From the NCBI GenBank assembly GCA_964490395.1, contig CAZBAS010000005.1:17167-81166 (forward strand): a DNA stretch of 64,000 nucleotides, read 5' to 3'. Source of the stretch: an uncultured Candidatus Saccharibacteria bacterium. Lineage in GTDB: Bacteria > Patescibacteriota > Doudnabacteria > UBA920. This document shows, one piece after another, positions 9,974 to 20,169 of the stretch (positions within the stretch are counted from its first letter, which is position 1; the number at the start of each line of letters is the position of its first letter). Below the pieces are notes generated by a model. That model ran no database searches and was not told where the DNA came from. It saw nothing but the letters and a program-made list of their open reading frames with translations. Both the position numbers and the translations under genes were made by a program.

Positions 9974-10741
9974 TTACACCGCATCTGGGAGCGAATCCCA
10001 TAATAAATTGAATAGTGAGCGCATAGAGGTGGCAACTTTTGAGTTTTGAATAACGCAGGCAGAAGGGTTTTTTATATCTGGATCAATAATTGCAAGTTTA
10101 TTCCCATAAACCCAGAATGATATAGCGAATTCATACCTATTTTTATTAAAGAGTTTAATTTTTCTATACTTTTCATTCATGCCAACGAGGTTTTGCATGA
10201 AGGGGGTGTGCGGCGCAATCCATCTGACTGGTATTTGTTCTTTTATTCTCTTTTGAACAAAGTGTTTGTCGTGGTCCGGCATAAGCTCGTATACATACTC
10301 ACCAGCTGAGATGCCCACTATCTCCCTGTTGGTTTTAGCGTTTTTTAGACTAAGTAAGCCTTCTTCGTATATTCGTTTAATGTTCTCTTTTCCTTCAAAA
10401 AAACGGACGGTCGACTGTTTAATTTCTTGGTGCGTCAAAGCTTGGAGTAAGGGAATGGTGTCGCGAAAATTATGCAAGGTGCGTTCAAGTTGGTACGCAA
10501 GTCGTTCGGGTGGTTCTGCCGCAAATGCTTTCCTTTTGCCACTTATGAAGTGGCTAATAAACCCTTTAGCCTCAAGCCTGCCAACTATAAGGTTTACAGT
10601 ACTGCGTTTTAAGCCAGTTTCATCTGTAATTTTTTGTATTGTAAGTCCTGGTTTCGCAACAAGGCATGTTAAATAAACCTTTATTTCAGGTGGTTTTAGC
10701 CCGAGACCTTCCATGTCACTGTATATGTCTTCATTAAACAC
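9974..10741 (-). CDS. TrmB-family transcriptional regulator
   Basis: N-terminal wHTH (IKVYLTCLVAKPGLTIQKITDETGLKRSTVNLIVGRLEAKGFI) plus a TrmB-like C-terminal domain; a paralog is at 45580-46323. Confidence 0.65.
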   Translation of the reverse strand: MFNEDIYSDMEGLGLKPPEIKVYLTCLVAKPGLTIQKITDETGLKRSTVNLIVGRLEAKGFISHFISGKRKAFAAEPPERLAYQLERTLHNFRDTIPLLQALTHQEIKQSTVRFFEGKENIKRIYEEGLLSLKNAKTNREIVGISAGEYVYELMPDHDKHFVQKRIKEQIPVRWIAPHTPFMQNLVGMNEKYRKIKLFNKNRYEFAISFWVYGNKLAIIDPDIKNPSACVIQNSKVATSMRSLFNLLWDSLPDAV

Positions 10742-10747
10742 ATTTAA

Positions 10748-10775
10748 ATATTAACATAAATAATGTTAAATTGAT
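10748..10775. promoter_or_regulatory. Palindromic candidate operator in the divergent promoter region
   Basis: aatattaacataaataatgttaaatt is palindromic (ttaacat / atgttaa) between the divergently transcribed TrmB gene and the 10838 gene. Confidence 0.35.
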
Positions 10776-10837
10776 ACATATCTGACATAGTCTATGATTA
10801 TAAGTCTTGCCATAGTGGCCGGACAAAGGAGGAATCT

Positions 10838-11380
10838 ATGTATTTAAAGCATATCGAAGGTCTACCGAATCCAAATGCATGGTTGGGTGTTCCGTGGGTG
10901 TTTGCTGAAGTGGTATCCAATATGTCTTGGGATTCGGCTATCTTGGGAGGACGAACATTTGAGGCAAGGTTGTCGGAAAGTTTCCGCGCACTTTGCACTC
11001 AGTCGCCGCACCCACACTTTGGTGGTCCCATGCCGCAGTTAGTTCAAGAAGGCATTTCAGTAGTAACTGGGTCCTTATTTGGGGTATATGGTAAGGAACT
11101 TCGTTCCGTTCAGACACGCGTAAGCTTACAGTTTGAGCGTGAGTCGTTATTCATAGGCGTGCCCTATGATGAGCATGGTCAACACAATCCGGTGCTAATG
11201 GATAATATACTTGTGCGTTGGCAGTTCGTTGGGGAACGCAATGTTTCTGAGCGCAGACTGCAGCATAAAGGAGTGTGTAAAATTGAGTTTTACGCATGCT
11301 TAAAAACAGCGGAGACATTGGTGGCGAGTATGGACACTCATTATCGTCAGCTCAAGCCGATGACAAAATCAAGATGGTAG
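10838..11380 (+). CDS. Hypothetical protein
   Basis: Strong SD (aggagg) 6 nt upstream of the ATG; 180 aa; no family recognised. Confidence 0.5.
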   Translation: MYLKHIEGLPNPNAWLGVPWVFAEVVSNMSWDSAILGGRTFEARLSESFRALCTQSPHPHFGGPMPQLVQEGISVVTGSLFGVYGKELRSVQTRVSLQFERESLFIGVPYDEHGQHNPVLMDNILVRWQFVGERNVSERRLQHKGVCKIEFYACLKTAETLVASMDTHYRQLKPMTKSRW

Positions 11381-11440
11381 CAAAATGACAGGGTACTGGC
11401 AATACCCTGTCTGCTTTATATTTTGGTGACATCAGCTATT

Positions 11441-12043
11441 TTAAATTGGTACCCCCAAGTAGTTTAATGTGTTCTTAAGTTGTTCTGGGTTTTGAAAATG
11501 GATTACTGACATGCCGAGTGCTTTTGCGGGTTCAAGCAATTCCGGTTTGTCATCGATGTATACACAGTCTGAAGCGGGGGAGTTTGTAAGTTTGAGGGTC
11601 TGTTTGTAAATAATTGGGTCAGGCTTACGAGTGTGGGCAATATGCGAAAATACTCCACCTTTAAACTTTTGAATGAAGTGATATTTCATATCGAGATACT
11701 CAACTCGCTCCTGTACGTTATCCGATAGAAAAATAAGCTCGTAGCCAGCATTTCTCAGTGCATCAATGAGCGTTACTGTGCCTTCAATAGGCGCGTAGCC
11801 TTTAAGCCATATTTGGGCAAGGTCTAAGTTTTCAGCCTCAACGTTCCAAATTGATTTTGCACCATCCCAAAACTGTTTTGCGGTAATTGCACCAACACGG
11901 TACTGTGTGCCGAGCTCTCCTTTTAGTACCGATTTCACTGCCCCAACATCTATGTGATATCGGTGTGCAATTTCTCTAATGGCCTCGGCAGTGCCATCAG
12001 TAAAATATACACCTCCGAGGTCAAATATGATTGTTTTTATCAT
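11441..12043 (-). CDS. HAD-superfamily hydrolase
   Basis: N-terminal IFDLGGV (DxG motif I), C-terminal YIDDK motif IV; a paralog is at 58862-59485. Confidence 0.7.
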   Translation of the reverse strand: MIKTIIFDLGGVYFTDGTAEAIREIAHRYHIDVGAVKSVLKGELGTQYRVGAITAKQFWDGAKSIWNVEAENLDLAQIWLKGYAPIEGTVTLIDALRNAGYELIFLSDNVQERVEYLDMKYHFIQKFKGGVFSHIAHTRKPDPIIYKQTLKLTNSPASDCVYIDDKPELLEPAKALGMSVIHFQNPEQLKNTLNYLGVPI

Positions 12044-12083
12044 ATATCCATTTTACCCGGTTTTCAGGAAATAAAAAAGCGCC

Positions 12084-12287
12084 TTATGGCGCTATGCTTA
12101 GGGGAAAATATCGTTTATCAGACAGTTTTAGGTAATTATTAACAGAATTGCGCAGGCCTTTTATGTCCGATTGGAGTCTGGTCTCAACCGTGCTCAGTCT
12201 GGTCTCAACCGCGTCTATCTTGTTGCTTAGCTTTTTATCAACGGCCGCAATATCTGTGTTTACTTGTTCAAAGCCCCGAGTAGTCAT
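12084..12287 (-). CDS. Small coiled-coil hypothetical protein
   Basis: 67 aa containing a tandem 16-nt DNA repeat (agtctggtctcaaccg twice) that encodes ETRLSTVETRL; weak. Confidence 0.3.
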   Translation of the reverse strand: MTTRGFEQVNTDIAAVDKKLSNKIDAVETRLSTVETRLQSDIKGLRNSVNNYLKLSDKRYFPLSIAP

Positions 12288-12357
12288 TACTGCTAAGTCT
12301 TCTAGGGTTACCCGTTTTGGCGTAAGAGTTTTTTCATACTGCTACGATACCATTGCC

Positions 12358-14001
12358 TTAAGTGTTTCGCAAGTGTTTCTCGTAGTACTCCATGTCTGCG
12401 TCGGTCTTTTTGTGGGGGTTAAATATGTTCAGTGGGTCAAATATTTTTTTAGTTTGACGGAATAGCTCCATAACGTGGGAGCCGTACATCATTTCTAGGT
12501 AGGGACCGCGTACAATGCCATCGTTATGTTCGGCGGTAATGGAGCCTCTATATTCCATAACTAGTGCAAAAACTTCGTTGGAGAGTCGTACTACTGCATC
12601 TCGTTGTGACTGCTCGGTTAGGTCCATGAGCGGCATTATGTGGAAATTGGCATCTCCGGCGTGTCCTGCAATGGTGTAAATAAAGTTTGGGTAGCGGGCA
12701 AAAATTTTGTTTAAGCGGGGAAGGAATTCGGGCAGCTGGTCGGAATGGACAATAATATCTTCTATAAAACACGCAGCAAGCCTATTTTTCGTATGCTGGC
12801 GAAGCAAGTTATAGCTCTCGCGGCGAATAGTCCAGTACTTCTTTGCGTCTACAACATCTTTAGTTATGCGGGAGGAAAGTTTAAATGTTGACTCTATGGC
12901 AGTTTGGGTGGCGCGGGCTTTCTCTAAAGCCTTTGCATCGGTATCTGCGGTAAACTCCGCAAGCAAGACCAGGCGAGGGAAGCCGCCCGTTATGGACATC
13001 CATATTTCGGGGAGGAACTGTTTTAAGAGGCTTAGGCTTTTACCGCCCATTTTTTGCATTATCTCTGGCAGGTACTGCATGGCGAGCCGCAGTGTGTGGT
13101 CGTCGTAGAGTTCAAAACTTTCAGGACGATATTTTTTAATCTCGTTTACAACACGGCCAAGGTCAGTTAGGTCCTGCATGAACACCACCACCATGCGGCT
13201 ATGAGGCTTCACGGGTACGAGTTGAAAAGTGATGTTCGTAATTATGCCTAGTGTGCCTTGCGAGCCAACCAGTAGTTTGGTAAGGTCAAATGTTTGGCCA
13301 TCCCATACCTTCCACAAATAGTAGCCAGCAGAGTTTTTAGACGTAGAAGGTTCTGCTTTTTTTATGAGTTCGTAATTGCTCGATATGAGGTGCCATATTT
13401 TTTTATATAGGGTGCCCTCAAAGCTATTCTCTTTTATTTTATTTATCAGCTGGGCTTCGGTAAGAGGTTGTATGGTGTGCGTTTTGCCGTCGGCAAGTAC
13501 AATGTCGAGTTTTTTGACCCAATCCACTGTTTGCCCGTACGATAAAGATTTTTCACCGCCAGCATTGTTTCCCACCATGCCTCCTACGCCGCATATGGCC
13601 TTAGAAGCCGGGTAACTAGGCATTATAAGATTGTGCTTCAGGGTAACTTTTTCTAAGTCTCGGTAGTAAGCACCAGGCTGCACATCTATAGTTTGTTCGT
13701 CAGTAACACTGCCAATGGTATGTAAATGCTCGGCAAAGTTTATGAGCACAGATTCGGTAATGCTGCCGCCCGTCATGTCTGTGCCGCCGGCGCGCGGTGT
13801 AAGAGATATGTCTTGGCCTTCTTCTTTTGCGTTTGTGGCAAAAGCAACTAAAGACTCTATGTCCGCAGTACTTGTAGGGCTGGCGACTATTTCGGGCGTG
13901 GCTTCAAATATACTCGCGTCGTGGCTAAATGTAGCGCGGGTAGGGGCGTCCACGTGTATTTCGCCAGTAAAATTTTGTTTTAGTTTCTCTACGTCAATCA
14001 T
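12358..14001 (-). CDS. FAD-linked oxidase (PCMH-type FAD-binding domain; GlcD / D-lactate dehydrogenase / vanillyl-alcohol-oxidase family)
   Basis: 547 aa; FAD-binding N-terminal domain (RAGGTDMTGG) and a C-terminal FAD-oxidase domain. Confidence 0.8.
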   Translation of the reverse strand: MIDVEKLKQNFTGEIHVDAPTRATFSHDASIFEATPEIVASPTSTADIESLVAFATNAKEEGQDISLTPRAGGTDMTGGSITESVLINFAEHLHTIGSVTDEQTIDVQPGAYYRDLEKVTLKHNLIMPSYPASKAICGVGGMVGNNAGGEKSLSYGQTVDWVKKLDIVLADGKTHTIQPLTEAQLINKIKENSFEGTLYKKIWHLISSNYELIKKAEPSTSKNSAGYYLWKVWDGQTFDLTKLLVGSQGTLGIITNITFQLVPVKPHSRMVVVFMQDLTDLGRVVNEIKKYRPESFELYDDHTLRLAMQYLPEIMQKMGGKSLSLLKQFLPEIWMSITGGFPRLVLLAEFTADTDAKALEKARATQTAIESTFKLSSRITKDVVDAKKYWTIRRESYNLLRQHTKNRLAACFIEDIIVHSDQLPEFLPRLNKIFARYPNFIYTIAGHAGDANFHIMPLMDLTEQSQRDAVVRLSNEVFALVMEYRGSITAEHNDGIVRGPYLEMMYGSHVMELFRQTKKIFDPLNIFNPHKKTDADMEYYEKHLRNT

Positions 14002-14057
14002 ATTTTAATTATAGCAGAAGGTGGCTCATAGTATTTCGGATACGCTATACTATGAGT

Positions 14058-14129
14058 AATATCTAATATCCAATATCTAATTTCCAATACAAGACAAACC
14101 TTATCCAGCCTTTAGAAATTAGTAATTTC
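14058..14129. repeat. CTAAT-based intergenic repeat, copy 2
   Basis: taatatctaatatccaatatctaatttccaat ... tagaaattagtaatttc lies in the divergent region between 14001 and 14140. Confidence 0.45.
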
Positions 14130-14139
14130 TTTTACCCCC

Positions 14140-14904
14140 ATGTTTGCATTTTTAGGTTTCCTGTTTTTTCTCATTGTTCTATTTTTCATAGTCCTTGCAG
14201 TCAATGGACGCGTGCAGCGCCTTACCTACGAAGAGAGTTTTTCGCGGGGGAAAGTGCCAGATTCAACGCTGGATGGCGCGCAGCAGGGTAACGCGCACGT
14301 ACTGTACGGCGCGCAGGTTGGTTGGAAAGGTAAACGTTTTAGCGCGCAGCAGGGCACAGGCATTAATGTGCTCACTGGCACGGGGCAGCGCTTGGCATCT
14401 ATACTCACGCCTCGCTACAAAAAATTTGAAAAGCAGGCAGATGGAACGTTCACGGCCTACGAATTTACTACAAGCGTTGGGCCTGGAATTAAAAACCCGC
14501 AGCAACAGGTGTTAAAACTAGACTACAACTCTGAGCTTAACCCAAGCATTATCCGCATTATAGAAGATGAAGTAGTAGAAATAGATCCTGGTCGCTACCT
14601 TGCAAAGATTCACCTGCAAGTACTCCCGGGGCTGTATTGGACCATTGGCTATTTTGCGTTACAGAAAGCTGAGTGGGGAACTGCTTCCCTTCCGTTACCG
14701 AGAGAGCAAGTCACGGAATCGGTTTCTGCTACGCATGCTGGTGAGCCACCCCCTACTGCAGCGGAGCCTGTTCCTCCATTGCCTGTAGTGCCACCTGTAG
14801 AACCGGCACATTCCGATTCTGTATCCACTCCGTCTATAGCACCCATTAATGCGTCTGCGCCAAATTCCTCCCATGATCTGCAGCGTGCACAGTCAGAAAT
14901 ATAA
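14140..14904 (+). CDS. Membrane-anchored hypothetical protein with a Pro-rich C-terminus
   Basis: N-terminal TM helix (FAFLGFLFFLIVLFFIVLAV); C-terminal PPPTAAEPVPPLPVVPPVEP. Confidence 0.5.
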   Translation: MFAFLGFLFFLIVLFFIVLAVNGRVQRLTYEESFSRGKVPDSTLDGAQQGNAHVLYGAQVGWKGKRFSAQQGTGINVLTGTGQRLASILTPRYKKFEKQADGTFTAYEFTTSVGPGIKNPQQQVLKLDYNSELNPSIIRIIEDEVVEIDPGRYLAKIHLQVLPGLYWTIGYFALQKAEWGTASLPLPREQVTESVSATHAGEPPPTAAEPVPPLPVVPPVEPAHSDSVSTPSIAPINASAPNSSHDLQRAQSEI

Positions 14905-15175
14905 AAAAGTTTTTTAGATTTGGTTTGACAAGCGCGTCATGAATAAGATACATTGAATGCATGTTAAAACTTTCAGCGAACCTTTTTAGCTTCTATCCTT
15001 GGTATCCAGCTTCCGTTTTGGTAGTTCGCTTTAGGTTTGCTTGTGCGTAAACGAAAACTCGCAAGAAAAATTAAGGCCAGCTCCCAAGATAATCTCGGGA
15101 GCTGGTTTCTTTTTGCGAAACCTTTTTAAAGGGTTTCAGACCAATACTAGCACAAATAACAGGAGGAATGAAACC

Positions 15176-16201
15176 ATGGCAAGTTTGGAAACTCGCATTG
15201 CTGCATGTGAGTGTATTAAACGTACTCTGGGGGCTGCGTTGTTCGATTTTAGTCTGCCGGAGCGCATAAAACCCACTGATCCACCCATACTCTATTCACC
15301 GTATCCCGCGCAGGCCGGTGGAAAAGGCGTAACACTTCATGACCTGTACCGGTTTTGCGTGGGGCAACAGTCAATGCGTTTGCAGGTCACAAAAAATAGG
15401 CGTATGCAGGCCTTACTTACTCCCCTGCTGGATGTGGGGCCAACAGCTACAGCGTTTGCTCAACTACTAACGCAGTTACCGGTCGCTTGTCAACCAGAAG
15501 AGGTAATGACTGCTCTGGCCGAATGGTTTGCAAAAGCTCTCGGAGGGGAGCCTAGCACTGTTGTAGCCGGCGTTTGTCCTGACTATGCGCACCAAAACGG
15601 TGTGTATACTTTTGACGAGCTTCGTGATGGTGTGGGTTTGGTTGCGGGTCGGGTAGTGGAGGCGGTGCGCACACTCGCTGCCTTTTTCGAACAGCATGAG
15701 CTGCCCGTAAGCTTTGTGCTCGCGGCCGCAGACCATGAAGCAGATGACCTGGCGAATTGCGATCGTGTCTCGGTAACTCAGGAAGAGTTCCGTTGCCGTG
15801 TACGCAAGAGTCAGCTTGCTTTGGCCAGCGTGTGTAACGGCTATAAAGTGGTAACACCTTTTATAACCGAAGTGGGAGACTGGCCTGCGGTCTTGGAGGA
15901 GGCCCGGAGGGCAGTTGCTATGGGTAAGTACGCTGGACCGTTTTCGGTAACACAAGAACATCTGGGGCATATGGCAGAGATGCGTCGCCCGTTATATGCC
16001 AAATGGCATAATGGGGATATAGACGCGCTAGCGCTGCTCCTTGCGCAAATCCCTGAGTATGCTGCGCTGCCAGCACTCCTGTGTCGTAACTTCCCGAACC
16101 CTCTTGTCTTAGACAGTGGCACACCGCTCATGCGTATTTTCATGCATGGTTTATCTACGACTGTCAGGCCTATGATAGGCCTGGATACCAGTCGCTACTA
16201 A
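15176..16201 (+). CDS. Hypothetical protein
   Basis: ATG at 15176 is preceded by aggagg at the right spacing (track start 15041 is less likely); slightly GC-richer than its neighbours; no family recognised. Confidence 0.5.
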   Translation: MASLETRIAACECIKRTLGAALFDFSLPERIKPTDPPILYSPYPAQAGGKGVTLHDLYRFCVGQQSMRLQVTKNRRMQALLTPLLDVGPTATAFAQLLTQLPVACQPEEVMTALAEWFAKALGGEPSTVVAGVCPDYAHQNGVYTFDELRDGVGLVAGRVVEAVRTLAAFFEQHELPVSFVLAAADHEADDLANCDRVSVTQEEFRCRVRKSQLALASVCNGYKVVTPFITEVGDWPAVLEEARRAVAMGKYAGPFSVTQEHLGHMAEMRRPLYAKWHNGDIDALALLLAQIPEYAALPALLCRNFPNPLVLDSGTPLMRIFMHGLSTTVRPMIGLDTSRY

Positions 16202-16276
16202 TTCAATCTTACCGCGCGAGCGGGGTGCGCGGTAAGATTTCTTGATGTCCTTGTCTTTATAATCTAATCTACATAT

Positions 16277-16621
16277 ATGATATTTACTCATCGCGAGTCT
16301 GCTCAACAATTTAATATTACTGGCGGCACAGCAGGCGTTTTGTATCCGCCTGGGCCTCATCGTAGTTTTAGTCTCGCGGTGGTGGCGTCACAAGGGCGTT
16401 ATCCCGAGCAGGGGTTTTCCGTAAACGATATTTGTACTGAGTCTATATTCGTCCAGGCAGGTACGCTCGACATAACCGTAAATGGTCAGCAGTATACACT
16501 TCTCCCGGGTGATATGCTTTCTATTGAACCAGGTGAGCAGTATAGTATTGAGGGTAGTGCGCAGTGCTTAGATATTATTACTCCTGCGTGGGATAGTACG
16601 CAAAATCATATAATTCAATAA
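16277..16621 (+). CDS. Cupin-domain protein
   Basis: 114 aa; a two-beta-strand motif pattern (GTLDITVNGQQYTLLPGDMLSIEPGEQYSIEG) typical of small cupins. Confidence 0.55.
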   Translation: MIFTHRESAQQFNITGGTAGVLYPPGPHRSFSLAVVASQGRYPEQGFSVNDICTESIFVQAGTLDITVNGQQYTLLPGDMLSIEPGEQYSIEGSAQCLDIITPAWDSTQNHIIQ

Positions 16622-16627
16622 CAACAC

Positions 16628-17746
16628 ATGAATATTCCTAAACTCCTTTATGCCAATGGCAAAGACAGCAATGCATTGTATGTGACTGGTGTATATATTC
16701 CAGATCCATATTACTTTTTAGATTTTGGTGATAAAAAATATATTTTTCTTGACGATAGAGAAGTGGGTGTTTTTTTAGATCATAATACGAACCCTGCCAT
16801 CGAGGTTGTAAATGTAGATGCCTATTTAGCAGAAGCACGTACAATGGCGGATACAGAGCAAATTATGTACAAGCTCGGTCGTATTATTCTTCGCGAATAC
16901 TCGGTTGCTCATGCTTTGGTGCCCCCAAATTTTCCTGTGGGCCTCGCGGATTATTTGCGCGCAGGTGGTATACATTTGGTTGTCCAACATCCATTGTATT
17001 CAGCTCGCTTACAAAAACAACAGCATGAAATTGCACACTTGCGCCAAGTGCTGGGGGTGACCAGTAAGGCATTTGCACTTATTGAGCGCGTGTTGGGCGA
17101 ATCAATCATTGCAGAAGGCTACCTTATATATAAAGGCAAGCGCCTTACGAGCGAAACGCTCAAGGCCATGGTGGAACAGCTCTTTTTAGAACACGGTGTA
17201 AGCAACGAGGAGGGGATTATTATATCCTGTGGCCCGCACGCGGCAATACCCCACCATCAAGGTAAGGGAGAACTTCGGGCGAATGAGACCATAGTATGTG
17301 ATATTTTTCCTAGACACAAAGAAAGCGGGTATTATGCCGATATGACACGTACCTATGTGAAAGGTGTGCCTACTCCGGAAATGCGTCGTATGTATGAAGC
17401 TGTGGCAAAAGTTCAGAAAGATGCTATTGCCCGGATTGCTCCAGGAGTCGTTGGGAAAGCTGTGCATAGAGAATGCCAAAAGCAATTTATAGAGCTCGGA
17501 TTCGTTACGGCAAACGGTGAAGGGTTTACCCATGGTACGGGGCATGGAGTAGGGTTAGATGTACATGAGCTACCCAGCTTGAGCAGCTCTTATGAAGAAC
17601 CGCTTGTGGCAGGCAATGTTGTTACGGTCGAGCCTGGATTGTACTATGCAAGCCATGGCGGTGTAAGAATAGAAGATGTGGTGTTAGTAACAGAGGCTGG
17701 TGCAGAGTTGCTAAGTCAGCATCCATATACGTGGATTATAGATTAG
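16628..17746 (+). CDS. M24 family metallopeptidase (Xaa-Pro aminopeptidase / prolidase-like)
   Basis: HGTGHGVGLDVHE and VVTVEPGLY are motifs of the creatinase/prolidase fold with its metal ligands. Confidence 0.85.
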   Translation: MNIPKLLYANGKDSNALYVTGVYIPDPYYFLDFGDKKYIFLDDREVGVFLDHNTNPAIEVVNVDAYLAEARTMADTEQIMYKLGRIILREYSVAHALVPPNFPVGLADYLRAGGIHLVVQHPLYSARLQKQQHEIAHLRQVLGVTSKAFALIERVLGESIIAEGYLIYKGKRLTSETLKAMVEQLFLEHGVSNEEGIIISCGPHAAIPHHQGKGELRANETIVCDIFPRHKESGYYADMTRTYVKGVPTPEMRRMYEAVAKVQKDAIARIAPGVVGKAVHRECQKQFIELGFVTANGEGFTHGTGHGVGLDVHELPSLSSSYEEPLVAGNVVTVEPGLYYASHGGVRIEDVVLVTEAGAELLSQHPYTWIID

Positions 17747-17788
17747 TGCACTCTGTGGGTTGTGCTAGTACCAGAAGAAGCTAAAGTA

Positions 17789-18511
17789 CTATACGGTGGC
17801 TGTGCGTTTCTGTGCAAGGTAGTATGCTCTCTCCTTTGGCGTTAGTCTTTCTATGGCATAGCGGAGCATGGTACGGGGCATGGTGGTAGCGGTTTCATTT
17901 AAAAAGCGCGTGAGTACTTGTTTGTCGCGCTTGCCAACTTCTCGGAGCATCCAGCCGCTTGCTTTATGGATGAGGTCGTGGGTGTCTGTAAGTAGTAGCT
18001 TAGATATGGCGAGTGTGTCGCTAAATTGTTCGTGCCGAATAAAATCGAAGGTTGCGACTATGGCCATGCGGCGCTCCCACAAGTTTTTAGACTTTGCCCA
18101 CTTGTAGAGTAGTGTTTTTGGTTTATCACGGAGATGCGGTCCCACTATATATTCGACCGAGGTGTCTACTAAATCCCAGTTGTTAATGTACCTCGTATTG
18201 CGTATATAAAAATTGTATAGTGCCTTCTGAGCTGCACTAGTTGCGGCATCGTATTGCATGACTAAGATTTCCAAAGCAGTAAACCTATGTTCGTGGGTTT
18301 TGCTTTTGAGCAGCTTTTGTATTTCAGCGAGCGGTAAATTTCTATAGAGCTTTGCTACCTCGCGCTGTGCAGGCACGGTAATTCCCAAAAAAATATCACC
18401 TTCGCCATATTCACCAGGGCCAGTTTTAAAGAACCGACTTAGCCCGGCTGCTTTTTCAGAATTGGCCAGCATTTTTAGCTCTTTCTGCACTTGGTTTGCT
18501 GTTGCTGTCAT
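17789..18511 (-). CDS. DNA alkylation repair protein (AlkD / AlkC-like HEAT-repeat glycosylase family)
   Basis: The ELKMLANSEKAAGLSRFFKTGPGEYGEGDIFLGITVPAQREVAK N-terminus is typical of the DNA_alkylation family; likely start MTATANQ at 18511. Confidence 0.7.
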   Translation of the reverse strand: MTATANQVQKELKMLANSEKAAGLSRFFKTGPGEYGEGDIFLGITVPAQREVAKLYRNLPLAEIQKLLKSKTHEHRFTALEILVMQYDAATSAAQKALYNFYIRNTRYINNWDLVDTSVEYIVGPHLRDKPKTLLYKWAKSKNLWERRMAIVATFDFIRHEQFSDTLAISKLLLTDTHDLIHKASGWMLREVGKRDKQVLTRFLNETATTMPRTMLRYAIERLTPKERAYYLAQKRTATV

Positions 18512-18536
18512 ATAGTAAAGTATAACGTATTTCCGT

Positions 18537-19289
18537 ATGTCTCCAGAATTTCTAAAATCGTTGCTCCTTATGACTCCTCCCACCGAAACTATGTATGGCG
18601 TAGTTGGGCGTATGGAAGCGTTGCGAACACTGGTTGCCTCACGGCCAGAGTACCGGTCTTTGCTACCTTTTTTAGAAGTATACTATCGGGTCACCAAGGC
18701 GGTAGTTGCAGCGCATGGCACGCAGTCAGAAAGGTTTAGGGATCCGCACGCGCTTGAGCGCCTCGATGTGTATTTCGCGTCGTTATACTTTAGTGCGGTC
18801 TACTCATTCCTAAACTCTGGCGAATGTGTTAGCCCCTGGCGTGGGTACTTTGCATACTCCCAGAAGCCACACCAGAGTGCTTTTGTTTCAATGCTCCTTG
18901 GCATTAACGCCCACATAAACGGAGACCTGGCTCACGCGTTGGCTATGAGTGGGTATAGTCAATATGAAGATTTTATTGCTATAAATGAGATCCTAAAAAA
19001 ACAGATTCGTGCCATGCTAGTACACCTGGCCACTACTCATGGCGACGCTATTAGCGCTGCGGCATGGTTTCTGCCTAGTAGAACTACTGCGTTGTTTGAA
19101 TCTACTATAGTAGAGTGGCGCAGTACAGCGTGGCGTTTTGCTGCTCAGGGCACGAATGTTTCCCTGCTTTGGCAGCGCACCGAGGGTGCTGCTGAGCAAA
19201 TTGAAGATATTTTCGCATCGCCCTTACACTTGCTACGCACATCGCAGCTCCAGAAAGATTTATCTCGCGTATATATACCACTGGGGTGA
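18537..19289 (+). CDS. Hypothetical protein
   Basis: 250 aa, alpha-helical; transcribed divergently from the alkD-like gene. Confidence 0.5.
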   Translation: MSPEFLKSLLLMTPPTETMYGVVGRMEALRTLVASRPEYRSLLPFLEVYYRVTKAVVAAHGTQSERFRDPHALERLDVYFASLYFSAVYSFLNSGECVSPWRGYFAYSQKPHQSAFVSMLLGINAHINGDLAHALAMSGYSQYEDFIAINEILKKQIRAMLVHLATTHGDAISAAAWFLPSRTTALFESTIVEWRSTAWRFAAQGTNVSLLWQRTEGAAEQIEDIFASPLHLLRTSQLQKDLSRVYIPLG

Positions 19290-19326
19290 GCGTGCGCTGT
19301 AAAAAAAACTGCTCGTGGGCAGTTTT

Positions 19327-19653
19327 TTAGTGTGCGTGTCCGGGTGGTATAAATGGTTTGTTTGGCTCGTGGTGCATAGCTCCTAGCTGGTCTTTCTGCT
19401 GCAGGCGAGAAGTGAGTCGCTCGTGGAGTGTGTCTATGTGAGTTCCTGTGGCTGACCCTGCGTGGTGAGTTTTAACCTGGCGCATTATCCTATCTATGCC
19501 ATCTGCGGTGATTTGATGATTATGGCTTTCTACCAGCAAGTTTTTTGTAAGGGCCTCTTTTATGTCAGGGGACAGGAGTGACTGTGCTATGAGTTGGTTT
19601 AGCTCGTGCATAGATATAGAGCCGCTCTTGTGCGGTGAAGAAGGAATATCCAT
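19327..19653 (-). CDS. Hypothetical small protein
   Basis: 108 aa; directly downstream of the 19666-19968 gene, probably a two-gene operon. Confidence 0.4.
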   Translation of the reverse strand: MDIPSSPHKSGSISMHELNQLIAQSLLSPDIKEALTKNLLVESHNHQITADGIDRIMRQVKTHHAGSATGTHIDTLHERLTSRLQQKDQLGAMHHEPNKPFIPPGHAH

Positions 19654-19665
19654 ATATAAGTGTAT

Positions 19666-19968
19666 TTACTGTTCTTCTGATGGTTCCAACAGTTCTGCTA
19701 GGGCAGGTCCAATATGCTCTGAGACTTTATATGAATCTATGCCGTAGTCGCTCGTGTCATTGCGAAGCTCGCTCATCCAGCGGTGAATTTGGTCTCCGCT
19801 TATGGTGCGGTCCGAGCGGTCCTGGGCCAGTGCTGTGGCTCCGCCTTCTAAATATTGATATTGCTGGCTATTTAAATAGCCACTTTTTCGCAAGTCATTG
19901 AGACAGTCTTCAACATCTGAAAGGTCTACACGAGTAGAGCCGTATCGAGAAAATAAGCTAAAATCCAT
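19666..19968 (-). CDS. Hypothetical small acidic protein
   Basis: 100 aa. Confidence 0.4.
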   Translation of the reverse strand: MDFSLFSRYGSTRVDLSDVEDCLNDLRKSGYLNSQQYQYLEGGATALAQDRSDRTISGDQIHRWMSELRNDTSDYGIDSYKVSEHIGPALAELLEPSEEQ

Positions 19969-20169
19969 ATATGTATATATTATTGCTTTTTAATAAAGAC
20001 AAGGCCGGTGCATGCGGCTTCTGCGTCTAGGGGGGGCCACAATGGCCTTGGGGTATGCACGAAAGTAATTTCATAGTATCAATAAAAAATACCTTGGTCT
20101 ATACTTCATATATAAATCATATGGCCGTCATAAGCTATGTGTATAAGTAATGAGTAACGAAATATAGGT

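Noticed and set aside
14140-16201. Possible horizontally acquired higher-GC island
   Set aside because: The GC elevation judged by eye is modest (about 50-52% against about 45-48%), with no flanking repeats, tRNA or integrase; not enough to call.
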